Positions 26,248 to 38,385 of a stretch of 64,000 nucleotides of DNA are shown here, in pieces. Below the pieces are notes generated by a model. The model made no database searches, had not been told where the DNA came from, and saw nothing but the letters and a program-made list of their open reading frames with translations. The position numbers and the translations under genes were made by a program. This DNA is from Octopus bimaculoides (Eukaryota). Each line of letters begins with the position of its first letter. The first letter of the stretch is position 1. The DNA is taken from positions 15,350,178-15,414,177 of the forward strand of contig NC_069004.1 in NCBI RefSeq assembly GCF_001194135.2. The letters are read 5' to 3'.

Positions 26248-26288
26248 AGGCAGACAACCGGTTTAGGTTCATCCCCTAATTTAAATAC
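26248..26288 (-). other. TRIP12: 5' UTR part of the start-codon exon of TRIP12
   Basis: Lies between the AG acceptor at 26289-26290 and the ATG. The in-frame stop implies that a non-coding first exon lies further right. Confidence 0.65.
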
Positions 26289-26826
26289 CTGTAAAATAAG
26301 TAAATATATTCATATAAAACTTAACTGACATTGAAGAAGAAAAAAAAGAAAAAAAAGCAAAGGTCAAATATAAACAACTTTCAATTTATGAAGAAAGTTC
26401 CCATCCTCCCTTCCACTTCACCCAATCACACTGGACATGGAGCTTGTCCATTTTCTGACACGTGCAAGCATCAGTTACAGATCCACTACTCCTTGCTGCT
26501 ACTACTACAACTACTACTACTACTACTACATGCCCACCACTACTGGGTTATGAGTGGGTTTATTTACAACTAAATAAAACCATTTTAGAGAAAGGTCCTT
26601 ATATTTCCATGGCAGTTACTTAGCTTCCAAATCAAATGTGCCCCCTTTTCAAAACCCCCAGGATTGCTCAACCTGTTAGAAATAGCAGCCAAATTTTCCC
26701 AGATCACACCATACAGTCTTGAAGAATACATTAGATGTTGTTGTCCAAGATATCCTTAAAAACATGGGATGATCATAGCTGGAATGCCTTTCAAAGTTGA
26801 CATGAGCTAAACATCACCACCACCAA

Positions 26827-26866
<40 letters not shown>

Positions 26867-27439
26867 TCAATTAAAAATGCAATCTCAAGTCTGTATGAAA
26901 TCAAAATCGTTATATTCCTTTCACCAAAACCTAAATGAACCTTCAATGCTCCTTTTTATCAACCACCACTCCCAGCCCCCAATTTCAATACAGAAGTACT
27001 CATTTAATCCTTCAACAGAGTACAAACAAATCCAGAAGTCACTTCAAAGGGTAGGTACCCATGTCCTAAATTTCTAGGACATTAAACATTCATGATAGTG
27101 ATGATAAAGATTGTCAACAAGACAATATGGTTGAGCACTGGTAACAGCAGAGACCCTATTAACTAAGCCTACTGCAATAACAGAACATTTTAGTAAAACA
27201 ATACTCTTTAGAAAACAAGGTAAGAATTAAAATACTCATTTTTAGTCCAATTATTAACTATGCTTCTGCCATAAAAGAACATGAAAAGACCATGAGACAG
27301 TGCAATTTCTGTAACAATTAAGGATTCCACATTTTTAACTGAAGTCCTCAAATCACACCCTGTCATAAAGGGAAAAACATTGATTACTGTAGTCTTTCAA
27401 TTTTTGTCTCTTTTTCAGAACCACTTTGATGTGTTGGTG

Positions 27440-28222
27440 AACAGTCAACGGTGTTGGAGAGTATAAAGATTAAAGTTGTAGTTGAGAAAAAAGTTAGCAG
27501 ACATGGCAGACTGGAAACCATTTGAATATCGGAAAAGAGTTGCCTGTATCATAACGATTTGTGCCAGGTATTGAAATGCCAAATTCATTATTACTCACTG
27601 CCCTCCGAACACTATAAAGGCTGTAAGATGTAACATGGGTGTCATGAAAACCAAGTTCTCTCAAACTGTGATGGTGTTTGTGTGCATCTCCAGCAACAGT
27701 AATGTCATGCTGCCCCACATCTTTGAACAGGGTCTTAGGCTCAATTTAGATGACTATGTGAAGCTATTAGAGACTACAGTCAAACCCTGCTGGAAGGCCA
27801 TATATGTAGCAGCAGAATTCAACTCCTTGCTATACGTGGTTGTTAGAGACTTTCTACAGTTTCACCAGCCACAATTTCTAGCTTCCTGATTCTTCCAATT
27901 GTAATTCCATAGATTACAATGCGGGGTGTGGTCGAGAAAGATACTAACCGCTCTGCCTGCAATACCAAGGCTGAGCTGGTGGCCAAGACCAAGGAGGTGC
28001 TTGATCTTCCCAAGGACACAATGAGGACTGCATGTGACAGAATCCAAGGGTATCTTGAAGCCATGGTGGAAGCTGAGGGCTTCTACTTTGAGCAAACATA
28101 TCTCTCAGCCATAATCTAATTGATATTTGAGTTTTTTAAAGTACTTTTATTTTTAGATGGGATATTGTGTTTTCTTTTCCATTTAAGCAAACTTTCAAAT
28201 TTAGCCCAAACAGCCTGTATAT
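27440..28222 (+). mobile_element. Tc1/mariner maT (DD37D) relic, internally deleted
   Basis: MADWKPFEYRKRVACI start at 27503 is fused to KTKFSQTVMVF...VKLLETTVKP, followed by the RGVVEKDTNRSACNTKAELVAK...EAMVEAEGFYFE C-terminus. Confidence 0.8.
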
Positions 28223-29203
28223 GGAGAAGGAGGCTGTAAAGACTGCAACATACAGGAGATCATACTTTTTCAGAGACTGAGAGTTCACCAGAAAAGATAT
28301 CAGCAAAATTTTATAGATTTTATCCCTAAATATGACGAAATATTTCCAACAAACAGAATTTAAAAAAAATTTTTTGATTTCCCCAAACAGAAATCTCTCA
28401 TTACCACACCACAAATAGATTATAATATAGTTAGAAGCATTTCCCAATCTCACTACTCGCTTTCTGTTATAGTATTTTCATTGTCCTTGTATTTCCTTTC
28501 TTGAATACAGAGTACAAATGTACAACTGTTTAACTGTCCATGGACTCATTAGAGGCAGTAGTTTTACAATCAGGTGCACTTCCCTATCACTTTCCTATTT
28601 TTACATGGGGTGGGGGTGGGGTTTCACTACTGTGCAAAGTTACAAATGTAATGTCTACCAGCTTCGTCACACATACAATGATGGGCTTCTATGTAATTTT
28701 AGTCTACCAATTTTTCTCACAGATCAAAGCAACAGTAAAAGACAATTGCCCAACCGGCCACTCACTGGAACTGAACCTAAGACTACATGGTTGCAAAATG
28801 AATTTCTTAACCACTGAGCCATCACTACATATAGGTTTTATATATATATATATATATATATATAATTTACATGAATATTTTAGAATTTATCACATGTAAT
28901 AAAACGCAAATATATTTTTGTTCGCAGTCACACTTGGTAGAGACAGACTTAAATGGCAGATGGAGAGGGTATGAGTAGCAGTTGGAGACATTAAATGTAA
29001 GGGAGAGTGAAAGAATTATATTTACAGAGGCTGGAGTACCAGGCATTTTAATTAAACTGAAACAGCTATTCAAAATTGTGAAAAATATATATGATGGAAC
29101 TTCACACAAACACAAATATAACTATTTAATCAGTGACTAACAAAACATTGCTAGCTGCTTTAGAAAAAAAAATACCCTAAACAAGAGTAAAAGTTTATTA
29201 ATT

Positions 29204-29241
<38 letters not shown>

Positions 29242-30599
29242 ATGGCCCATCCACCTACTCTTTCTGACAAATGCATATTGTTTTTATGAACTTTTAGAAA
29301 TACATTTTCAAGTGTGTAGATTACAATAATGTTGATAAAATAAAAAATGGGTATAGAGGGGTAGAGTTTTAGCTTATCCTTCTCCATTCCTGACTTTGTT
29401 TTCTCATAAATCTGTCTAAAATATTTCATCCACTAAATAATTTTTGCTTTTAAAAAAATTTTATTGATATAATGATCATACATATGTATACCAATAAAAA
29501 TGTATTTCCGCAAAATTTCATTCAAAAATAAGAATTCTAAAGAGATTCATGAGAAAATTCCTCACAAAAAACAGAAGTGTTAAACTCAATAACAGAAGAG
29601 TTTTCTGAGATTTATCATATACAAACGATGACATATTCACTTGGGTTCTATTCATATTAATTCTTTTTAATGTAATTATTTGTGATAATTGCTTGTAATA
29701 CGGGTATTTTGAAAATACCTCATGGAGTGACAACTGTGCTCTGCATAGTTTGTAATAGACAATCTTTAAAGGGGTGGAATTTTAAGGAAAGACTTTAAAT
29801 TTAAAGTTGAGACAATTATGGAGATCTAATTCTTTATAAAAAGATCATGTGGTAAAAGGGTGTTAATCCAATAGGGACAGCACTATAAATATCCCATAAG
29901 CAATCAACATACACCAACACTAAAAATGGGTATTGGTGATTTTTTTTTAAACATATTTTCACACAAGTCAGAAAAAAATTTGTTTCTATCTATACTAATA
30001 ACTAGTCTAAAAAAATGTAAACAAAGAATAAATAGGTCTTCAAAATGTATTTTTCAAGCACTATTATCAAGAATTTCCTACACAAAAGCTATTGCAATAA
30101 AAAAAAAAAACAGATTTTAAAAATGTGATATTCACACCTCAGTAATTTGAAGAATGAAAAGAAACTGCCAGTACTGCAGACTAGATAAACTAGATAACCA
30201 ATACATATTTTAAACTTGTAACCCTGTTCCATCAACTATTAACAGAACATGTTCTTATAATTGTGAAGCTTAATGTCCCACTGATAAAACCAAAACAAAA
30301 TACTAACGAGAACTGGTACCTTAGCCCCTCCCTCGAAATTGCTGGCCTTGAGCCAAAATTTAAAACTGACATCCTTATTTTCAAAATGTATCAAGAGTTC
30401 AGAATCAAGAAAAATACTACTTAACACCATTGACAGGATAAAATCCTATCAACTTAAGACAACTGCCGCTTTTAATAAATACATAGTTTTAGTAAAACCA
30501 TATTCTTTACAAAATTAATGAAGAATTAGAATTGTAATTTTTATTCAATAATCTACTATATTTGTGTAACATAAGAGCAGCAAAATGCTGTGGAAAAAA

Positions 30600-31150
30600 A
30601 AGTAGGGGAGAAGATAAATGGTACATGGTGAGCTTTCATTTCTGCTAGAGAATTACAGCATCAATATTCCAATGGGAACACTATGTGACCAACAAAATCC
30701 TGGAAAGATTCAACAATGAAAGCATCGAATCACTGATCATGAAACAGTTTTCAATAGTCAGGACATGTAACAAGAATGGAAGAGTCAAGGTTCCCACACA
30801 AAGTCTTATTCAGTGGGAACACCTCAGGGAAAAAACCACAAGGTTTCCCTCTTCGCAGATACAAGGACCAACTCAAAGCAACACTGAAAGTCACTGGACT
30901 TCAGCATAAATTGTTTGAAACACAAGCCTGAGACCATACAAAGTAACGATGCTCCATCACCATCAGAAGCAAAAACTTCAAAACCACCTGGAGAGAAGGG
31001 GGGGGGGAATCAAATGACAGGAGTCAAAGGCTCAACAAAAAATCAACTTCATTCTCCACCAACATTACCATGCAGACAATGCCATCAACTCCTCTATGCA
31101 AGAATTGGTCCACTTAGTCATCAATTCCATTTCTATAACAGAAGCGTTCA
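30600..31150 (+). mobile_element. RTE (BovB-like) 3' end with C-terminal zinc-finger remnant
   Basis: WEHYVTNKILERFNNESIESLIMKQ, RYKDQLKATLK, LPCRQCHQLLYARIGPLSHQ. Confidence 0.7.
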
Positions 31151-31509
31151 GCAAAGAAGAAACTAAATTCTCGGATACAAGATAAAGCCACAGCTACCAA
31201 CAGCTCTATGAATTAAAGTCACTTCTTTCATAAACCGAAAATTGTACAATTACCAATAGGCTTCAGTGTTTCTTTAATAAGACAATCGAAGGATCACTGT
31301 ATCTTGGAAGTATATAATATGGTATTTCACTTTCTGTATTCAAAAATACACATTAACTTAGAACTACTAAGTCTGTTGGTTCCACTTAAGGAGAGAAGTG
31401 GAAATGAATGACATCAAAAAAGTCTTTTCTTTACTAAGACGATATATGTCAAGAAACTTGGACATGCTTTCACAGTGGACAGCAAGCATGTAGATACATA
31501 CAGGACAAA

Positions 31510-31884
31510 GCATAAATAATGATCATTACATATTTTCCTTTATTGTAGTAAATTTGACTTACAGCTGTTTCCAATGTTCATTATAGGTATGTTATTGATA
31601 GATTTACTCAATTGGCCCACTGATCAGTTGAGAAAAATTGAACAACCTAGAAAATTAATGCTACTTTTGTCAGTCATTTCTGGTTGTAAACCAAGTGTTC
31701 CACTTAGTTATAACCAGAAATGATTGACAAAAGTAACAATTTTCTAGGTCATTCAACTTTTCTCAACTGATCAATGGGCTAACTGAGTAAACCTATCAAC
31801 AACAAACCTATAACGACTACTGGAAACAGCTGTAAGTCATATTTACTACAACAAAGAAAAATATGTAAGAACCAATATTTATGC
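31510..31884. repeat. Long inverted repeat (fold-back), arms ~185 bp, 3-nt loop
   Basis: 31510-31697 aligns to the reverse complement of 31701-31884 with 24 substitutions and 2 small indels (hand alignment, ~87% identity). The loop is TTC at 31698-31700. Confidence 0.95.
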
Positions 31885-32100
31885 CTTTTGTACACTACTC
31901 TGTATGAAGACCAGTATAACTGGAGCACAACCACAGATTTACAATATGGAATGTTGATGAACGGTAACCTCAGACCCTGCCACAAGAATATGCAGAGTTC
32001 TTTACTAATCTAAACAATACTGTTAGCCTGGTGTACTAACAGAGAGCTTATAAAGTATTTTTCCTGGACTGATAATCCCTCATTAATTATATATATATAC

Positions 32101-32161
<61 letters not shown>

Positions 32162-32204
32162 GATACACACATACATATACACAGACAAATTTAAATATGC
32201 ATAG

Positions 32205-32536
32205 ACAAGAGTGAGAGGCAGATTGTACAATACTTGTGTATGACCAGCAATGCTATATGGTTGTTAAACTTCGGCTGTGAATAGAGGATGTGTGAAGACC
32301 AGAAAGAAATGAAACTAGCATGCTCTACTGGATGTGCAAAGTCATTGAGCATGTACGACAAAGTACAAATGCATGGAGAGAAAAATTGAGCATAAGATAC
32401 ATCAAATGTGGTGTGCAAGAGAGAAGATAGCACCAGCATAGTCATGTGATGCAGATAGATGAGGACAACTGTATAAAGAAATGCTGATCACTAAACGTGG
32501 AAGGAGCTTGTGGAATAAAGAGACTGTGAAGGCTGA
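32205..32536 (+). mobile_element. RTE LINE 3' fragment
   Basis: MLYGC, MLYWMCKV, REKLSIR, WNKETVKADLK. Confidence 0.65.
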
Positions 32537-33405
32537 TCTCAAGATGTCTTTCTCAAGCATGCTCCATATAATAATCCAAGGGATTACAGTCGAAAGAACA
32601 AGGAGGCCAGAAATTGGGACTGGTGAAGTCACAGGAACTCTCCAACATTCTGTTCTGACTCTTTCCAGAAGTATAGCATAGAGCCAAATCCTGCTGCCAC
32701 ATATATGGCCTTCCAGCAGCAATCCTCTCCAGCCAAGGTTTCACCACAATCTCCAGAAGCTTCACATGACCATCTGAACTGAGCTTAAGGACCAGTTCTG
32801 AAATGTGGGCAGCATAACGTCACCAGCACAGTTTGAGAGAGCTTAGTTTCCGTGATATGTGGGATGCCACATGGATAGTAGGAATGCCTGTTGTTCTGGA
32901 TATTGAGCAACTGGTCCTGGCAAATGTTCTCTTCATAAGAGAAGAACCAGATCATCCCTGGCTCAACGGCATACCTCAGCTTATTCAAGAGTTTCTTTGC
33001 CTTTATCAAGCACTTCTTGGCCATCAAAATTTACCCCTTGCCCAAGTGGTTGCAAAGGTCCTTGTTCAGAGCCAGCTTCATGATGGTTACTCCAACGCTC
33101 ATCTTTCTTGCCAAAGCCCAGATTCTCTTGCTCGGATCTTCCATCACCTTGCCCAGCAGATGCATTCAGAATGCCTGCTGTGTCCCATCCAGCTGGGCAC
33201 AACTTTCCAGTCTCTGTTGCAGATATCCATGTCATATCTTACGGTCTTCACACTGTTCAGAGAGCATTGAACAGTAGTTATGATGTCGGTAATTTGATAC
33301 TTGACACAAATAACCATGATACAGGTAACTCTTTTATAATATTCAAATGGTCTCCAGTCCTCCATCTCAGCTAATTTTTCTCAACCACAACTTTAACCTT
33401 TATGC
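32537..33405 (-). mobile_element. Tc1/mariner maT (DD37D) relic, same family as 27.4-28.2 kb
   Basis: MEDWRPFEYYKRVTCI, WFFSYEENICQDQ, WQQD...FWPPCSFDCNPLD. There are 37 residues between the QQD aspartate and the NPLD aspartate (hand count). Confidence 0.85.
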
Positions 33406-33449
33406 AAACACACAAGTATATGTATATACATAGGTATACAAAACTAAAG

Positions 33450-33845
33450 ATAGATGGTTGGTGAGAGCAGTACAAGTCTGTAAGGTGATGAACTCAAGAG
33501 GAAGTTTCAAGTGTGGAAGCAAGGTCTGGAATCTACGGGCCTAAGAGTTAATTTAGCTAAGACCAAAGTCCTAGTAAATAGGAAAACAAAGTGAAGTTGC
33601 TAGAACAACAGGCTGGGCAAAGTTCAGAGAGCTACTACCTTTGCTGGTAACAAAGAACCTCTCCCTCAAAATGAAAGGCAGATCATATGATACCTGTGTA
33701 TCTACAGCCATGCTACATGGTAGCGAAACATGGGCTATGACTACAGAGGACATGCAAAGGATTGAAAGAAACAAGGCCATCATGCTTCTATGACAAAGTA
33801 AGCATCCTAAAAGAAAAACTGGATATAAGAAGTATCAGTTGTGTA
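33450..33845 (+). mobile_element. RTE LINE fragment
   Basis: ELKRKFQVWKQGLESTGLRVNLAKTKVLV and MLHGSETWAMTTEDMQRIERN. Confidence 0.7.
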
Positions 33846-34950
33846 TCTTGACTTTACAAAAGCCTTTGATAAAGTCAACCATGGTATGATATGCACAAGC
33901 TGCATTATCTTGGTATTGTCAGAAAACTTGGACAGTAACTACACGACTTTTTAAAAGATAGAAGCCAGGCAGTACTAGCCAATGGAGCCACCTTTCAAGA
34001 AATGCAAACAGCAAGTGGTCTTAGGGCCACTGCTATTCATAGTGGCACTCTCACACATGCCCTCAGCTTCTCAGATGGCCATCATTGCTAGCTATGCAGA
34101 CGATACTGAACCGTGGAGATATTGCACACCTGCAAACAGGAGTTGGATGCAATATACAGGTGAGCTGAGGACAACAACATGCAGTTTAATGCAAGAAAAT
34201 TCCAAGCCCTGCACTACCAACACACAAAGCTGAATGAAATGCAGATTGGATACACTGACCCAGACTGAATTGTAATCTCTGAATCAAAATCAATACACTG
34301 ACACAAGTACTAAGTTGGCAATAAAAGTCAGACAGCTAGCCAGATATGTCCTTAGAACTTTCAAAATGAAAGAACAAGAAATGATGATCCTCTGGAGGAC
34401 ATATGTCCTCAGCTGCTTAGACTACTACTCCCAACTATGGTCACCACACAGCGTAAAATTAACAGCGGAACTTGAAGCAATCCAGTGAAGCTACCTAAAG
34501 AAGATCATCTCAATGCAACATGTCTGCTACTGGAAAAGGCTGAAAAAGTTAAGACTACTTCCTAGAATGAAGGCAGAAAAGATATGCAGTGATATACATC
34601 TAGAAAATGCTGGAAGAACTTGTACCAAACTTAATCATTGAAAATTACACAAACAGTAGAATGGAGTACCACTGAATATAGTGCCAAAGATTCCAACATA
34701 TCCATCAAGAATTAGGACTAGATACTGCAAAAGCTTGGGTTCTAAGGACCCACAGCTTTTCAATATCCTTCTTGAAAGCCTGAGAGACTGGCATGGTGTG
34801 GATGTAGGTGTCTTCAAAACAAAACTGGATCTCTTCCTGTCAAAAGTTCTGGATGAGTTTACCTCATTACAGAAAACACAGATGAGGGCAGCAAACTTGA
34901 ACTCCCTCATTCACCAAATGTCACATAGCAGAGGAGGTTTCAAGTAATGA
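33846..34950 (+). mobile_element. CR1/L2-group LINE relic (RT and 3' end)
   Basis: LDFTKAFDKVNHG, VLGPLLFIVAL...IASYADDT and PQLFNILLESLRDW..VFKTKLDLFLSKVLDE..RAANLNSLIHQ. Confidence 0.8.
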
Positions 34951-36180
34951 AAATGTAGCAAAGCTAACAGCAGTGCTCCAGCATGGCTGCAGTTCGAGTG
35001 GTGGTGAGATGTCTAGGTAGCTCCTCAAGGTACAAGGTGAGTAGAAGTGAGTGGGGGAAAAGAGAAACTATAGTTATGTATTACATTTATCCTTGCTTCT
35101 AAAATGTTTCGTGATATTTGCTAATTACTCATTGTGAACTGGATACAGGTTCTGCAAATGGAGGCCATCAACAAATTCTAGCTGTTACTCAGAATCATGA
35201 ATGAGTTGGTAGCTTGTACAATGGTTTCACTAATTTAGTTGTCTATGTAATTCCAAGCTGATATATACACCATCTCATTCCTCACTCTAGCAGAGCATTC
35301 AGGATGTAGCAGCTGAAAACAAAAAGGGCTACGCAAGCACTTGGCAGGCACACAGTTCAACTCAGTAGACAGGAGCAATGTAAAATGAAGCGCCTTGTTC
35401 AAGGACACAACCTGCTATCCAATCCAGGAAATCAAACTAATAATCTTAAGATTGTTAGCCCAACATCCTAACAACTATGTCATGCACCATATGTTGAATA
35501 ATCTACCAAATGAGATGATATTTTTCTGCATCATAATGTCTCTGTGTTACCAGTTTTCCCAATGATGAACTCATTACAACAGTCAATGATTGTAGCTTAC
35601 TAAGTGAAGATATCTCAAGATTTCTGAACAACAAACATACAGAATGTTTTTCCAAGAGTATCCTTCTGAAAGATAAGTTTTTCATGTTTCTGTGGGAGAA
35701 TATTAAATTTCCAAAATGTTTCAATGGAATTTCCGCTAAATATCATTCATCTTTTCTGTCTCTAACCAATACTAAGTACACCTTGCTTTTGAATCCATAT
35801 ATCATGAATTCTTGTCAAAACAAGGGCTTGTGTTTAATTACAATCCTTGTAGCTCTGTTTTTACCTTAAAGTTGCTGCTTTGCTATAAATGTTTATCATC
35901 AGTTTTATTTTTAACCCCTTGTAACAATATTTCGTCACCAGCTTGTCTTCTTAGGTAATTGAACTACAAATATATTTGTCAAAATTTCCTTCTTTCTTCT
36001 AAAATCTCTTGCTTTACAACTCAATGACTGCACTATCTGAATCCTGTCATAGAGTTTGAAACGGCAATGTCAATACTAAGGATTTTAATAAGGAAAATTA
36101 TTTCAAGCACTCAATGAAGAATGCCATATTGATTTATCTGATTATAAAATTGAAGAGAGGGACAGAATGGTAAGAAATGC

Positions 36181-36410
36181 TTAACCCTTTTGTTACCATA
36201 CTTTCATTGAAAAATACACTGCTTTTGTTTCAATTATTTTGAAAATAATGAAGAATTTAATAATATAATTATAGCATTATTAAGCTAGTATCTGGAATTT
36301 AAATGAACATAAAATATTGATGGAAGATTTTAATTTAGATCATTTTAAAACAAAGCTTGTATCATAGAACTAAGGACAGTCTCAAATGGGTGGGCATCAA
36401 AACAGCTTGG
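36181..36410 (+). mobile_element. TTAA MITE family 2, older copy
   Basis: TTAACCCTTTTGTTACCATA start and a body homologous to 38160-38381. Another decayed 3' part lies at ~24990-25162. Confidence 0.7.
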
Positions 36411-37899
36411 ATCCAAATCTTACACCAATTTATTATAAGTGATTTTCCTTTTTCATGTTAGTCCCAATCATTATCTACCACAGGATTCAAAACAAGACTA
36501 ACTGCCATTTTTTGCCTCTTGAAATGTAATCTTAAACAATTTCTTAGTTGATACAGACTGAAATAAAATTGATGTGTGGAACCATTAAAACAGACGAGAA
36601 TTTATAATGAGTACTCACACCCCTTAATTTTCTAAAGCAACAATATTTTCATGATAATATAGCAATTATCAAGAATAATCAATTATTGGAACTCAGATTA
36701 ATATATTGGTGGTAGTTTTCACAATACCTGTCTTATGAACAGATTGTTTAATGACCTTGATGCAGTACTTTCATATGTAAAAACACTCCAATCCAACAAG
36801 AAAAGGATGACAAATTATGAATCCCTATGTAACATACTTCTAAACAAAAGAAGTTGCATGTTAATGGAGAATTATCAAATTATGTTCTATGTATATGAAG
36901 GTATTCAGGGATAGGCTAACATTCTATCAAATATGTGCCTGTAAAGCCAACCAAACAGAAGGTAACAGTTTGGTTTATATGCAAAGTAGACGAAAGTTTA
37001 ATATGATTTCAAAAGCAAGTTATATGAGCTAGGTAACACTATAGTTTAGAATCTCTAGACCATATCAGAATCAAGATTTTTAATTGTCACCTGGAAGCCA
37101 TAAACACAGTTGTTGAACAACATTATGAAGAACAGAAGATCTTCCAAGAAAAAAATTAAAGATGCTACACCAGAACAACATCCTGAAATTATTAAGTACA
37201 GAAGAAAAAACCCTTGTTTCCACATTTACAAACAGCAAATAACATTCCTCTTTTTTCTACATATGCAAGCATGGTTCTGGGTTCAGTTCCACTGCATGGC
37301 ACCATGGATAAGTGTCTTCTACTATAGCCTCAGGCTGACCTAAGCCTTATGAATGGATTTGGTAGACAGAAACAAAGCTTGTCTACATACGTAATATTTG
37401 TGTGTGTCACTCCACAATTGCTTGACAACCGATGTTGGTGTGTTTACGTACCTGTAACTTAGTGGTTCAGCAAAAGAAACTGATAGAATAAGTATGAGGC
37501 TTACAAAGAACAAGTACTGGAGTCAATTTCTGTGACTAAAAAAAAAACCTATAAGGCAGTGCTCCAGCATAGCCAGTCAAATGATTGAAACAAGTAGAAG
37601 AATATATAAAGGCTTTCATGCTAACATAGGTAGAGTAGATCACATATCTGACTGTAAAAGCTGGAGGTACAGTGTAGAACATAGTCTAGGGGTACTTAAC
37701 CCTATACTGCATTCTGTGTATTTAAAGCAACAAAACAAAAAAAAAAAAGCTTAAATTCATATTGTTAATTTAAAGAAACAGCAATTTTACCTTTTTGAAT
37801 GGAAATTCTAAGTGTAAACAAGGCTTTATGGCAAAAACTTACATTCTATATTTCAAAACAATCACCAGACTTTGTGAAAACGTGCAAATACTGATGGGA

Positions 37900-38150
37900 C
37901 ACTGGTCTCACAGCTAAACGAAATTGTAATCGTAGCCAGTGCCAGTGATACATGAAAGGCACCCATGCCAGTGTCACTTAAAAAGTCACCCAGTATACTC
38001 TGTAATGGCTGGCATTAAGGGCATCCAGCTGTAGAAACCGAACCAAAACAAGACTGGAGTCGGTTGCAGCTCTCTGGCTTACAAGTCCCAGTCAAACCCG
38101 TTTACCCATGCCATCATAGAAAATGGACACTAGATGGTGGTGATGATGAC
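37900..38150 (+). mobile_element. SINE family A 3' part inside the piggyBac relic; further plus copies at 56520-56735, 61390-61520
   Basis: AAGGGCATCCAGCTGTAGAAACC...CCCATGCCA...(GAT)n tail. Confidence 0.75.
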
Positions 38151-38155
38151 AAACT

Positions 38156-38385
38156 TTAACCCTTTTGTTACCATATTTCTGTTAAGATGCACTGTGTTTA
38201 TTTCATTTAACTTTAAATATAACAAAAAATTTAGTAAAATAACTTAGTTATCATTAAGCTAATGTTAAGAACATAAATTGCGACTAAGGTTTGGTGGAAG
38301 ATTTTAATTCACAACTTCTGAAAACAAGACATTTGTACTACAGAGCCAGAGGCGGTTTCAGCCGGGTTGGTATCAAAAGAGTTAA
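38156..38385 (+). mobile_element. TTAA MITE family 2 nested inside the piggyBac relic
   Basis: TTAA|CCCTTTTGTTACC...GGTATCAAAAGAG|TTAA. CpGs are retained, suggesting a young copy. Confidence 0.85.

Noticed and set aside
32833-33270. 145-aa plus-strand ORF
   Set aside because: Antisense shadow of the maT transposase relic.
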